64,000 nucleotides of DNA from Sphyrna mokarran (taxonomy: Eukaryota): the NCBI GenBank assembly GCA_024679065.1, contig JAGIQG010000009.1, forward strand, positions 69,936,001 through 70,000,000, in the 5' to 3' direction. Positions within the stretch are counted from its first letter, which is position 1. The number at the start of each line of letters is the position of its first letter. The position numbers and the translations under genes are program-made. This document shows positions 25,101 to 40,100 of this stretch, piece after piece. Under the pieces are notes generated by a model. It was not told the origin of the DNA, did not search any database, and saw nothing but the letters and a program-made list of their open reading frames with translations.

Positions 25101-28100
25101 CTTGTCGAACACGGGACCTTCATTGTAGCAAGTGACTGAGGCAAAATGGTTGTGAACCTTGGTAGGCTCGGGTAATGGTGGTGATACTGGCGATGGTGAA
25201 ACTGATGGCAGCAATTCTAGCGGCCCCACTCCTGGCAGCAGTGCTACGGTGGGCCAGGCTACTGGCGGCCACGATACTGGCGGCCAAGATCTTGGCGGCC
25301 GCGATACTGGTGGCCGCAATCCTGGCAGCCACGATCCTGCCGGCCACGACCCTGGCAGCCACGATCCTGGCAGCTGCGATACTGCCAGCAGCGATTCTGA
25401 TGATGATGATACCAACAGCTGTGACTCTGATGATGCTGGCGGTGGCGATGCTGGTGGTGATGATTCTTGCAATGTAATTCCTGAGGAGGAGGAGATGTCC
25501 ACAGAACACAAGGATTCGGATGACTGCAGAATTATTTTAGAAAAAAAATTGCCAATGATTATATTTCAGAAAGGTCCTTCTTCCCAGTTATATTTATTTT
25601 GACACAAACTTTCTGCCATTCCCTCAGAAGTGGAGACATTGTGGACACAATAGTTTGGCCTTGACGAATGCACAATTTCAAGGTAGTTAGTTATACTGAA
25701 ATCTTTACCTTGTGATTCTACCTAGCCAAAAATCCGTGCTGATGAACGATGCCACCTAATGTTTACTAGTCACCAAGCCAACATTGGCAGTTATCATTTA
25801 GCACATATGTATAAGTGCCTAGTGGGCCATTACATTCAGGTATTTAAGCTGTACTTAAATCATCAAATAGTCCCTTTGGGATTTTGGTTTCCATGCTGTT
25901 GAATGCTCCCATACTCAGAAATGTTACCCTGCTTGCCTCACCTGGTGACTCACTTGCAGCACCCACTGACACTGATTGAAATTAAATACATCCAGTGGTG
26001 ATGCTTTGTGCAGGTGAGGCAAAGCACCAGAAAAAGGAGACAAGAAGACATGAAAGATAGAAGGAAATTAAAAGCCAAATAACTCTTGAGATACAGGGTA
26101 TGGGCAATGCAGTAACATTATTGGAGAGATGGATTACACAAACTGAAAGAGGTGAATCTATAAAATCTATATATTTTAAAACATCCGAATTACTGAAATT
26201 TCCAAGGAATGGGTCATCAACATATTCTACTAAAAGGGACGATCCAGGTCATTGATAATCTCCCAAGAAACACCATTCGCCATTGGAGAATATGCTGAAC
26301 AATAACTAAAGATCAAGTGTAGAAAAGAAACAGAGCAGGCAGTCAAGTGGGACTCTGATGGATAAGCAGAGCTGCATTGCTTTGTTGTTATTGGTGGAGT
26401 AGTTTGTTAGATTTTGATCCAAAGTGCTATTTTTGTGGATTACACACTAGAAGTTATTATGGTCACAACAGCCTGTGTGTTATATTTACCATAAAAATCA
26501 GCCTGCACTATCAAAGGTGTTTCAAACTTAACTTCATGATATTGGTTTTACTGTGACAATCATGTGAAGCTGCCTCGATACATATTTAATAAAATCTATG
26601 CATAACAAGCTCGTATTTCATATAAACAATATCAGTTTGCATTCTATGCAGTTAATTATAAATTTTCTGGCATCTGATAGCTTTATAAACAACATGGGTT
26701 GAAATTTGTTGAGACAGAAGTCTTACCTGCAAATCTGAAATTTTGACCAGTAGTGTAATTTGGGGTTGCATATTGCATGCAGAAGCCAATTATGAGGTTG
26801 TCGCCTTAAATACATTCAAATTAAGGACGATAGCTTGTTCCCAAGAGGTGTGTTAGCCCAATCAGACATTATATGCCCATGAAGAAAGGCATGTTGCATT
26901 TGGGCAGGCAGAACCAGTGATCAGTTTAGATATTGGTGAGCACCCTTGTATCCCCATTGATGGTCAAAGTACAGTGGTGGGTGTGGGGATGGCAGGACTT
27001 GCTTTGAATTCCCACAATATGTTTTGTGAGAAATACCTCTGTTAGCTTTTTCTGGGGTCCTTCTTGAGCATAAGCGTATGAAGTGCAGGGCTGTTCGCTT
27101 TCCAAACTGCTGGAATCTGATGAAATGCTGATCGACTTGATGCTCTCTGCTGAACTCCCACTCTTGGCGGGTTTAGGCTGGTCAGAGCTCTTAGTTGGAG
27201 TGCCTTTCACATTAACATCTCCTCCTAGAAATAGGCTGCACGAAGGAAGGGGATCGGTCAACAAAAATACTAAAAGATTATTAAAGTCATTGCATTCTAC
27301 AGAAAGAGTTTACAGCTGATTAAAGTGGCACTTGGTTAGCCAACAATGGCCCAATACATGGATAAATTTTGAAATAGTGGTACATATTCTTTTCCCATCC
27401 ATAGTTGATTATGCAACTTATTGAAATAAGAACAGATGAATGGCATGTAGCACTGGTCACTGCTGCCTCAACACTATTGTCACTGACAGTCGTGGCAAGG
27501 CATATATCAGAGAATTCTGGCCTTAATTGTCCTTGGAAACCTAGAAAAATTCTTCCAAACAGGGTTGATTTTATGGTGAAGCTAAAAGTGAACAGTGCTG
27601 CCTCAGCAGTCGCCTTCTTTGTCGTTAACCACATGGGACCTACTACATCATAAACCCGCATAAAATCTTCACAACACAACCCATATTGCCTGTCTGATTT
27701 CTTGTGAGGATCATATGTATCGCAGAGAGAAAAAATGCATTTGTTAGATGAAAAATTGAGGCTACTAATACAAGCATAGCACCACAGGACTGAAAGTACA
27801 AGCGTTATGGAAAAACTATGACTTTTGAAGCCAGAAAATAAGGTTGTTTTATATGCAATGTACAGCAAAGGGCTTGTTTTGTCATATTTAAACAATAGAT
27901 TTTGTATGGAGAGCAAAACAGAATCCAGTCACTGAAGCCAACAATTCTCAGTGTAGAATATCCAGGAATTACCTGTCACTCTATGCTCTCCGTAAATTCT
28001 GCAAGATTGCAGTATTATCTATATGCAAATTAGTGAACTTCATATCATTAGTCTCTGCAAAAACTCCTGAAAAGCTTATTTGTTGAATGACTTTTTTTTA

Positions 28101-31100
28101 AATTACAATCTCAATAATTACTGCTAAATGTCCTCAGACTCCAAAAAGCTGGGGTTTTTTTTGCAGAATGTCTTGTTTCAGGTGGGTGGAGGGGGGATGG
28201 TGGTAGGGAGAAAAGAGTTTGCAGTGTGGATCTGATGCATAATTAATTCCTCACTGAGATGGAGGTAGGAAAATTGCTCTGTCAAGACCCTGGACAGTAA
28301 TTGCTTCCTGCGGAGATCTTTCCTCTTTTGCCAGAAAAATCTGTGAGGTTTGTTGTTTTATGTATTCAGATGATACCGCAGCCTAGACTTTTCAGTGGAA
28401 ACCCTGCCATTAATCTCTTAGGTGAAAATCTGGTATTAAATATATAGTGCACAAAATTTCCCGATGTATACTTAATAAAATTCATCTTTCAGAAAAATTA
28501 ACGGCAAAACTACACTTACTTGATAGAAACTACACAGCGGTCTTTTACAAGGATATACACAGGAACTTACATTTACATCCCATCTTTATGGTGATTAAAT
28601 GTTTCAAAGCATTTCATAGTAATCGACAGATAAGATTTCTGGAGGCTCATGATGGGCACACACAGAACAATTTAGGATGAAGGATCTAACATGCCAAGGA
28701 GTCTTTTGCCAGTTGTTATGTGGAGGCGAGGTTGGAATTCAAAGATGATCAGAATCAAATCAGCAGAATCTCTGTAGAGGTCCCCCCAGGCCAGAGAAAA
28801 TTACAGAGCGAGGTATGGGCAAAGAACCAGAAGGATTCCAGGAAGTAGGATAGGGAATCAATGGAGGTTGGTGAGAATGATTCAAAAGAAATTAGAAAAC
28901 AAAAAAACAGATTTTGAATGAGATAAAGTTCAGGGATAACATAGTACAAGGGGTTAAGGCATCTGAAAAAGTGACAAAAGCATAAATGATGACTTCATTG
29001 GTGGAGGAGGCACACTTTATATGTAATGTTGGTGATGGTTGTAGTGATACACAACATGTGTAAACATAAAACTTGGAACAGACTCAAGCCAAATGACCTC
29101 CTTCTGTACCATAAGTGACCAATCAAAATGAGCCTTAATATGATGCTTGGTGTCCTCATATTTGCAATTATAAAAACCAGGTCTACATCAGACAATCAAA
29201 TGATTTGATCAAAGTTTAAGGGGAACTGTTAGATAGACAAAGTAGTATTTTTGTTGGCTGAAAAAGTTCAGGCTGCCTAAAAATTAGAGTCAGATCAGTC
29301 AAAACTAAAATTTGGAAACACTTCCATATAGAAAGGATGACAAAATTTGGAAATTTCATTCAAACAGAAACATAGAAGATAGGAGCAGAAAGTGGCCATT
29401 TGGCTCTTCCTGCTTGCTCTGCCATTCATCACAATCATGGCTGATCAATCTAATCGTTTTTTCTCCCCATAAGCTTTGATCCCATTCATCTCAAAATGAG
29501 AGTTGATGCTGGATCATGCCAAAGGTGAGGAGGGTGGGGGAGCTAAGAGTTTGATCACAAATCAGCAATGACCTTACCAAACAGCAGAACTCAGACTCAA
29601 GTAGTTAATTGCTTAATTGTAGCTGATCCTATAGTTTAATGCCAAGAAGGTGAAACTTTTTGTGGTATTGTGGACCTGAGTTCAACCTGAATTAGCAGTG
29701 GATCGGCATGATGGGAGTCACAGTTGAAGCACAGGAGATAAACCGTGGGATGTAGTCAAGCTTTAAGAAGCTCTCTCTCATCTGCAAACTCGTCAAATAA
29801 GCAATTAGACTGTATAGTAACTGAGAAGCTGTAGAAAACATGGCAGTGTACAGGATCTGAAGAACATCAATTAATATTATTTATGTTGGAGGAAGGATAT
29901 ATGTTTATAAAAAAATTCTCAGCTGCTCTTTGAAGAGTACCATTAGATCATTCACATTTGAGAGAGTAGATGGGGACTTTCTGTGTAAAAGTCTCATCTG
30001 AAACTGCACTTCCCACAGAGCAGCACCTTGTCGAGCATTGCACTTCGAAAAATCAGTCTAGATTATAAGCTTAAATCTTTTGAGTGAAACTTGAATTTAG
30101 TTCTCTGACTGGGATGAGTCAAGGTTAACAAATAGGCCACGTAAATGCAATTAATTTTAATAGGAATCAATGTCATCTGCCATTAGACAATCTGAGAAAT
30201 AAAATTGTCCCTATAAATAGCATGTTCTAACTAGAGCCAGATGAAGCAGAACAAAAATGAGACCCATTCCCAAAAGGTTCCAAATGCAATATTGTGAAAA
30301 GCTCAACAACAACAGTTATGGCAATGTTCTGGCATGATAGGACCAGATAGGCAAAACACAAAACATCAAACTCACAGTTAATGCTGTTGCACAAAACTGT
30401 TGGCAAATGCAGTGGACCATGTTCAGTATGTCATTAGTTAAAGAAAGCAACAGCCAAAATTGTTCGGAACTTCTGAACAGGCACTCACAGCATTAGCCAA
30501 TAATTTCCTTCAAGGATCTGCAACAGTGGGAATAACTGATTATGCCCAGGTCTCTGAAGTTAACAATAGGCGTTAAATGTTATAGGGGAAGCAAGAACAG
30601 ACAGTTTACAACCTGTGACATCAAATAGAGTATTCATTACGGTTCTTGGAGCGTGACAACAACTAAGCTACAATAACCGACACAATACAGGCATCAAAGA
30701 CTCTACAACCAAATTTGCAGATGATACAAAAATAGGTGTGACAGTAAGTTGAAATGAGGAAGAAAGAACCTTAAATGGCTACAGATAGGTTAGGAAAGTG
30801 GACTAAAATGTGGCACATGGAATTGAATGTGTACAAGTGCGAGGTCATGCATTTTGGTCAGAAAAATGGGAAGGTGACTTATTACCTACATGGGGAAAGA
30901 TTTCAGGGTGCTCTGGTGCAGAGCAATCTGGGATATCCTATTCATGAATCACAGAAAATTAGCATGCAGGTACAGCAGATAATAAAGAAAGCAAATGGAA
31001 TGTTGGCATTTATAGTTAAAGGAATAGAATAAAGATACAGAAGTGTTGTTGCAACTATGCAAGGCATTGGTGAAACCGCACCTGGAGTATTGTGCACTGT

Positions 31101-34100
31101 TTTGGTCTTGTTGGAGGAAAGATGTAGTGACATTGGAGGCAGTTCAGAGATGGTTCACCAGATCGATTCTAGAGATAAAGAGCTTGTTGAATGAAGAGAG
31201 ATTAAACAGTTTAGGCCTATACTGTCTGGAATTTAGAAGAATGAGGGGAGGTCAAGAGGTATACAAGATGATAAAAGGTTTGGATAAAGTAGATGTGGAA
31301 AAGATGCTTTCTCTTGTGGCATTTTAGGATGAGAGATCATAGTCTTAGGGTAAGAGGTAGCAAATTTCAAATAGTTGAGGGGAAACTACTTCTTACAAAG
31401 GGTTGTGAATCTGTGGAATTCGCTATCCCAAAGTGTGGTGAATGCTGGGACAGTGAGTAAATTTGAGGAGTTAGACAGATTTTTCATTGGCAATGGTTGA
31501 AGGGTGATTGAATGGCAGAGCAGATTCAATGGGCCAAAGAGTCTAATTCTGCTCCTATATGTTATGAACTTATAACATGCAACTAAAACCAACCCAATTA
31601 TATAGAAAGATGATATAGAACCAAGATGATTATGTAGAAAGATGATATACCAGGAAATGAATGTATGTTTCTCTGCCTCAACTTCAGTATTGCCTATGAC
31701 CAAAACAATCACAATTTGCAATACAGATTACTGCAAGGTACAATACAGTAGTAAGGAGTGATTCTCCCTCAACCTCCATATTTTTAGTCCTTGCCCATGT
31801 GGAGATAAATAAAAGATGCTGCTTTACTGTGACAGGGACAATCTGAGAACAAAATGTCTTTGTAGTCTTGATGCACACACACTTGCATGTTAATTTTAAA
31901 CTTGAGAGAAAATGGAATGTAGATTGGATTTGCATTCAAGTAATCAACTCCATTCAGTTTTTATTATGTAAGCACACAACAATGCCTTTCATTTTAATCC
32001 ATTTTTGAGATTCCTCCCCTAAGTGCAAATTTGAAAAGGTCTAGCCATTTATACACTGACTATCATTTGATACGTAGGAATTGCTGGACAAGACTATCTG
32101 GTCCAATCAAATGATACAATAATAATGGAGTCATTGATTAGTCATTAGCAATCAGCCTCTATCAATTAGTCGACAACAGATATAGGCTCGAGGCGGGAAC
32201 AACACCAACCGTTATCATATTGTCTCAAGCTAAATTTTATCAACCACTGAATCTTCACACTCCAGTAAAATAATATCGGCCACAAATTAAAATATACTTT
32301 CATGGTGGAGCTGATGCCCACCATGTCTGTCTTGGCACTTATTACAAAGAAAGCAACCAGATGAAATACCTGCTCTGTTTATGATACACTTTTGCTATTT
32401 GCTTTCTGGGTTTTGGTGATGTGGGACTAACATCAGGAATTGCCTTTGGCTCACAGGACACACAATTGCTGCAGGATGGCAGATAAACATATTTCGCACA
32501 AGGTTCATTTAAAAAAAAGATGTCTTTGCTTAATATTCCTAGCATTTTGAAAAACTCATTTGTACAAACAAAAAATTTGCATGAATGATTAATTTGCTTA
32601 CAAAAGGCAATTATTTTCAGGAAGAGAACATTACACTTTGATTAATGATTAAGTGCTGGTTCTCGCTACTGGAACTGCAATCTTTTGTACTGCATGAAAT
32701 GCAAATGGAAATTAATTTAATTTCATGTGTCAGACATTCTTAGAAGAGAGCTACCATGACTGTCATAGCCTTTTTGTGCGACACACTGAAGGAAACAAGA
32801 TCGTCCAACCTGAACATTAGGTACAGGAAAATAAAGCAATATCAATAGTAAGTGCAATTCTTAGCATTAGGCTGCAAAATCACCAGTAGTTCCTGGCCTC
32901 ATCTGTATTTTCACATGAAGGTAAAGTCAACATAGTCCCAGATGAACAAAGACTACTCTCCCCTTGAATGGAGAGTATTGACTGGTGGTGATTTAACCAG
33001 AGGGTTACCACACCTGAGGCAAGAGGCAAGGTTGAGAATGCAGGAACTTCATTACTGACCTCAGCAAAAATTGGAATCGGACCTGATCTGTTGCCATTGT
33101 TCTGCATCACTAACCAGCCATCTCGCCAACTGAGTTAACTGACCCATGAGTGCACGCAGCTGACATTGGGAGGCTACTCATAGTTAATGAAAGAAGTTGG
33201 TCCATCATTCACTGAGTGACCAACACTCATGTGCTAGGAGAACAGATACCAAAATGAGGAGCAGATTCTGTTGATTGGCAATGATGGGAGCAGACAAAAC
33301 ATTAAAAGGACAAGACTTTGTGCTGCCAACGTTTCTAGTGCAATCTTCCCAAAATCAACCAAGCCATTCCAAAAAGGAAAATAAAAAAAGTTTTTCCCCT
33401 CCACAAAATGGCCATACTCCCAGCTCAAATGAAACATTCCAGGTAATGATTCAGCAGGTGTGTCTGTAGCCTAAGGTGGTGTAAAAGGTGCAAAAATATT
33501 TAAGCTCATTTTTTGTTCATTTACTAAGAAGCCAACTGTTGCAATTCAATGCAACTATATAAAGCATTCAATAAGTCCATTTCAAGTCCAGGTGGAGGGT
33601 GAGATATTGATTAAACTTTAGGGTTTTTGAGATAATTAATAAAACAGCAGTACATCAAGGAATAATTTGAGGCAAACACTTTGTATAAATTTAAAAAAAT
33701 CACTTTCTAAAATGTTGACCAATTGCATGTGATAAAGGTCAATAGTGCACAAACATGTTTGAGCAGAAACTTCAAAAAGTAGCACAATTTATATCTGGAT
33801 CAGCAAAAGTGTTCAAAGTAGAAACTCAAAACATGGTTTCTCAATCACAGTCCCATTTTTTTTCTATAACTATTGGCTTATTAGTTTGGTGCATGTTACT
33901 ACATACTGATATAATGACATGTATATGATGGCGGTGTTTGTAAATCTACCCAAAATGATTTGGTTAAGCGAGTGGAAAAACTGGCAAATGGATTTCAACC
34001 TGAAGTGCAAATTGATGCAAGGGAATAGGAAATAAACGGGAGGGGTAGATGAAATGCAACGTTTTGGAGTCCATTCCACGGGTCGCTGAAGATGGCAATA

Positions 34101-37100
34101 CAGATGGTTATGATACAAAAGGCATATGGAATGTTTCCGTTATTGGACAAGATATAGACTGCAAAAGCAAGGATGTAATGCTGGAACCCATATAAAACAC
34201 TAGTTAGGCAACAACTAGAAATACATACCATCCTGACTGCCATGTTACAGGAACAACATAATTCCTCTGGAGTAGAGGAGATTTACAAGAATGTTGTCAG
34301 TTCTTGAAAATTGAGGCTATGAGGAAAGCCCAACTTCCCCTATAGGAGACGTCTATTACCAGGCCGCACAGATTTAAGGTGTTTGGTAGATGGACTTCTC
34401 TACCCAGAGCATAGTGACTGTCTGAATTCTTGCTGGTAGAGGCAGATACTTTCAGGTTATAATCCAGGTACCTTCTTAAATTATTTAGGCTACGGACCAG
34501 TTGCTAAAATGTGGGATCAGAACAGGTGGCTTTTTTTAAAAAAAATCTTTGAGTAGGCACAGACAAGATAGGCTGAATAAACTTTTTCCTGTGCTGTATG
34601 ATTCCCATCACAAAAATATTTATAACCAGGGAACTGTCAAGCTCATTAATGGTGAAACCCTTGATGGTTTGACCAGCAATGCTTGCAACACCCTCTTACC
34701 TTTCTTTGTCAGTCAAATATTGTTGACCGTGAAACCATTTTAGAAACTTCTGGACTGGATTGATGCTGTAGTTATTGCAAGCATACTGTAACAGTTTAAT
34801 TTGTGCTATTATCTCAAATTCCTAAAATGAACATGGAAAAAAAAGTTGGAAGTTGAGATTCAAAGCTGCTGTAATTGCTACTGCTTTACCTGAGTCATTG
34901 ATTTTTGAATAGTGCCAAAACTATTTTAAAACATTTTGTTTGCTAGATTTGTTGCATAGTGGCTCATGTCTCAAAACCTTTCATTGGGAATCAATGGCCC
35001 TTGCTGTGCATCAGCAATGAATTTCCACATAGATTATTCAACAATGAACTTTGGACAATGTGTAGCTAAAACATTCTGAAACCTAAACGCTGCAGAGTTT
35101 TCTCCTCATTGGCTCTGGCTGTTCTGTTCTATCTTGCATTCAGTGACAGTTTGACAGGTACCAGAGGAAGACTTTATCCAGGTGAAAATTTGACAAAAAT
35201 ATAGCACTGTTGGATTGTAAAATGTAAAATTGGTCAGTTGATAAAACTATAGTCGTATCCACCTAGATGGAGGATGTATAGATTTGGGATAGATGCCTAT
35301 TTTGTATCCCTCCTGATTTCATGAACTAGTTAAACCAGACAGGGTGCAAAGTGGATCAGATAGGATCCCATCTCATTTATGGATTAGGCTAAAAATTTAG
35401 AGCTCAAGTTGCAGTTTTAGGAATGCAGTGTCACTGCCTTCCACATGGTTAGGTTTTTATTGTGTTAGCATTTGCAGGTTCTCCGTGGCATAAATTGAAA
35501 ATAGCACAAAACATGCTCAACTGTAATCACAGCAATAAAGCGTGTTTGTAAAGTTGATAGGAGCAAAGTCAGAAATGGGACGTTAAAAACCTTTCACTGA
35601 TGCTAAAACCAGGAGCTGCAATCCTGCTTCAATTTACTGACATGCCATGACTTGCTGCAAATGTTTCGCTTCTGAAAGAAACTGCTATCTGAATATTGAG
35701 GAATTATTCAACCAGTCTCAGGATTAAGGCAATACCTTCAGTCTTGACAAAACACTGAATTATAATATGATTCATGTAACACCACTAGTGCATGCTTTAC
35801 TTAGCCGTGATGCTGGTAGGCAAACTGCATCAAATTAACAGTCATGATGTGGAGATGCCAGCTTTGGACTGGGGTAAACATTTTAAGAAGTCTCACAACA
35901 TCAGGTTAATGTCCAACCAGTTTATTTGATAGTAAACCCACAAGCTTTCGGAGTTTGCCCCTTTGTCAGGTGAGTAGAGAGTTCTAGTCTCAAACAGAGC
36001 GTATAAAGGCACACACAGTTTACAGATTATTGATTAGAATGCGAGTCCTTACAGCTAACCTGCTGTTCAACTTTTAAAAATGCAGACAATGTAAATGAAG
36101 ATAGCGTAAGGCATAGCTTAAAGAGATGTGTACTGTCTCCGGAGCAGAGAAGCTACGACATCTTCTCCGGAGTCTTCAACATATCATTGATGAAGACGAA
36201 CATCTCATCAGGACCATGCCCACATTCCCACTTCTTGCCTTCAAACAACCGCATAATCTCAAACAGACCATTGTTCGCAGCAAACTACCCAGCCTTCAGG
36301 AGAACAGTGACCACAACACCACACAACCCTGCCACAGCAACCTCTGCAAGACATGCCAGACCACCGACATGGGTGACATCATACCATGTGAGAACACCAT
36401 CCACTAGGTATACAGCATATATTCTTGCAACTCAGCCAATGTTGTCTACCTAATATACTGCAGGAAAGGGTGTCCCGAAATATGGTACACTGGGGAGACC
36501 ATGCAGATGCTTCAACAATGGATGAATAACACCGCTCGACAATCACCAGGCAAGACTGTTCCCTTCCTGTTGGCAAAACACTTCAGCGGTCACAGGCATT
36601 TGGCCTCTAATCTTCGGGTAAGCCTTCTCCAAGGCGGCTTTTACGACACACGACAGAATCGCTCAGCAGAGACTGATAGCAAAGTTCCGCACGTATGAGG
36701 ACAGCCTCAGTCGGGATCCTGGGTTCATGTCACACTATCTGTAACCCTCATGAATTGCATGAACTTGCAATATCTCACTTAATGGAGACAATACACATCT
36801 GTTTAACCTATGCCTTACGCTATCTCCACTCACATTGTCTGCATCTTTAAAACTTGAATAGTAGGTTAGCTATAAAGACTCACATTCTAATCAATAATCT
36901 GTAAACTGTGTGTGTCTTTATACACTCTGTTTGAGACCAGAACTCTCTGCTCACCTGACAAAGGGGCAAACCCTGCAAGCTTGTGGGTTTACTATCAAAT
37001 AAACTGGTTGGACTTTAACCTGGTGTTGTAAGGCTTCTTACTCAAATTAATAGCATAGACATAGGTTATCTGGCCCAACTGTTTGTGCGCTGGCATTTAT

Positions 37101-40100
37101 ACTTCTCCTGTCTTCATCAGACTCCAAACATTCTCTTATTCCTTTTCCATGCATTTAGCTTTCCTGAAAAGACAACCATGCCAAGTTCCTCCTTCATTCA
37201 ATTTTTAGTGAATTTTATGTTTCAGACCTTGAGTTTTGGATTTCCACTTCCAAACCCAATAACAGAAGCATACTCCCCATTCCCCCCCAAATACAACTGT
37301 CAAAGTTTTTGAAAAGGTACAATAATTTATACTAACCTTCCGTCTCTTCTCAAAGTTCATCAAACCATTCTATATGAGACAAACAAGAACAGCAAAAATT
37401 AATTTGACTTGTAGAAAGATCAGATCACACTACAAGATTGTGAACTTGAAAGGATTCCTAGGAATGAAATCCAAGTCCTGTAAACCTGGTTCCAAATTAA
37501 AATGTAGCCAAAACTCAATCATGTGTACAACAGAAATAAATGCATTGCATTGACTGGGCATTATTTTGCAAAATTATACAGAATCCTCTGCTACAGTCAA
37601 ATTTGTAAACACCAAGTTTATTATATAAGTAGGCAAGCTCGGGGAGATAGTGGCAAGCACTGTTGCCTCATAGCACCAGGGATCTAGGTTTAATTCCTGG
37701 CTTGGGTCATTGTGGCGGGGAGTCTGCATGTTCTCCCCTCTCTGCATGGGTCTCCTCCAGTTGCTCTGGCTTTCTGCCAGAATCTGAAAGACATGCTGGC
37801 TAGCTGCTTGGATCATGTTAAATTCTCCCTCAGTGTAACCAGACAGGCACTAGAATGTGGCGATTGGGTGATTTTCACAGTAACTTTATTGCCGTAAGCC
37901 TACTTGTGACATTAATAAACTTAAAATTTAGAATGCAATGGAAAAAAATGTACAATTAATAGTATCTTACCTGCGCAAATAAAAAGTGTGCAATTTATAT
38001 AACATTTTCAGGCTACACAATAAATAGGGCTACGCTCAACTGGCTGCTTTGAGAATAAGCTGTATGCAAATCACTGTGTGCAAGTGACTGATTCATAGTG
38101 CAAAATATCAAATCAAAGCTGTGCATGTATTCTCTTTAATGTGCTTCATTCATTAATCTCATTAATTCTTTTACTATCACTTTGGTTCCCATCTCCAAAC
38201 AACTTGCACAACAAATGTAACCACAGCAAAGAAGAAATCTTAATATGTTGTAAAGAGACTTGCATCAACATAATCTGGAAGAGCAGCGTCTAACAGAATT
38301 AGATCAGTTAAGAAAGTCCCCAGGTAGGGCACAGTTCCCTGCTTCACATCCTATAAAAGAGGAGCAAAATTGTTTAATCCATTTTATATGCATGTCATAT
38401 TTCCTAAACATACTATCCATACTTAAAACCATTCCCTTTAGTATGCAACTAAATCATTTTGCAACCCAAACATATGAGTCTATTTAATTACAGATTATAC
38501 CATGGAATAGAAAGCTAGAGCTGGATCTCCCATGTTGAGTTGATCAATATCAATCACCTGAAGGTTGGGAATTCTCTCACACATCAGGGCTTATAAATAG
38601 ATTACCCACTCTTGCTAATGGTAAACACTCAAGTGATAAGTAATTATGTACAAAACAATAACAAATGTAAACAGCATTGGTCAAATACAACATTTGCCTC
38701 TACTAACCCCAAATTATAAACAGTTCACTTAATTGTAAGTGCAGACAAAACATTATGTTATTCTCCATCATTTTGTTTTCTTTTTCTCCTTTGTTACCAG
38801 AAATTCATGGCTGGAACTTGTCTTCATATGGTGACCTATAGGATGATCATTGGTACCTTATTCTATCAAAAGGCTGAGATCATTTGAAACCTTAAATAAT
38901 GATCAGATATGCAGCTTCCCAGCAGGAGCTAATGGTCAGCTATCAGAAGTTCCAACTAGTTGTGTTATTTTATAGCGCGGAAGGAGATTCAAAAGAACAC
39001 AAGTAACAACTAGAGTAGACCCTACAGCTCCCACCATTCAATAAGTTAACAAGTGACTGTCTTCAACTCCACTTTTTGGCTTGATTCTCATCTCCCTTGA
39101 TTTCCTGAGTTCAAAATCTATTGATCTTAAACCAAGTGTCCACACCTCTTCTGTGTATAGATTTCCTGCCAAATCCTCAATCTTGCATTTCACTGAAATT
39201 CCATCTCATTCTTCCAATCCAGTGCATTGACTTGCATGATTTTTCACAGGGTTATACAACCACCCCCAGAACTAATACATTCAGCCTAACAGACTTGAGC
39301 TGACTCTAATTACCTATTTCTGTTTGGATTTTAGTTCTTCCTTCTTTATCCTAAAATAGGTGACTAAATGTGAGCCCCAGTTGCTACCCTTGTGAACATC
39401 AGTGTACTCAGCATCAATTGAGTCAGTATTGTGCCTTTACCCTCTAGACTATGAGGAAGATTCTATTCATACTAGCTTTGGATCATCTTAAATGTGGAAC
39501 AATTTAGATCTAAAATGATACAATACATGTTTTCAATATATGATTACATTTATAAACATTAGCACAGTGCCAATAATTATAGCTTTTAAAATGCAACCAA
39601 TCAAACAGCAATACTGGCGTCCTCATTGGAAATGGAAAGGAGAACTGGTTAATAGCTTCATATAAAGCGAAGAATTATGTAAAAATGAATCACTATTTGA
39701 AGTTTGAGAATTGTTAAGTCTTGGAATAACTAGATGACACACTATTTGCTTCTGCATCTGTAGCTGTTTCTGACCCTGCTTTTTGTTTTCCTTCACACGG
39801 CTGTTAAGGTTTGCAAACTTTGAAGTTCCTTCGAGTTCCTTTGAAGATTTAGGAAGAAAATCAATTATTAACTCGTAACCAATATGACACCAAGTGAGAT
39901 CATAACCCCAAAGCCTCATGTTTTTATAAATTACATAACAAATCTGAAGCCTTGTGCGAACATGTTGGGCAAATTTCAACCTGCAATATTTTGAAGTGAA
40001 ACTGCAATTTATCCCATATTGAGAACCAAGTGAGCACAAAAGCTGATCATTAGTGCCAGTCTCAGATTAGAACACAAATGAGAACACTTCGTGGCTGATG

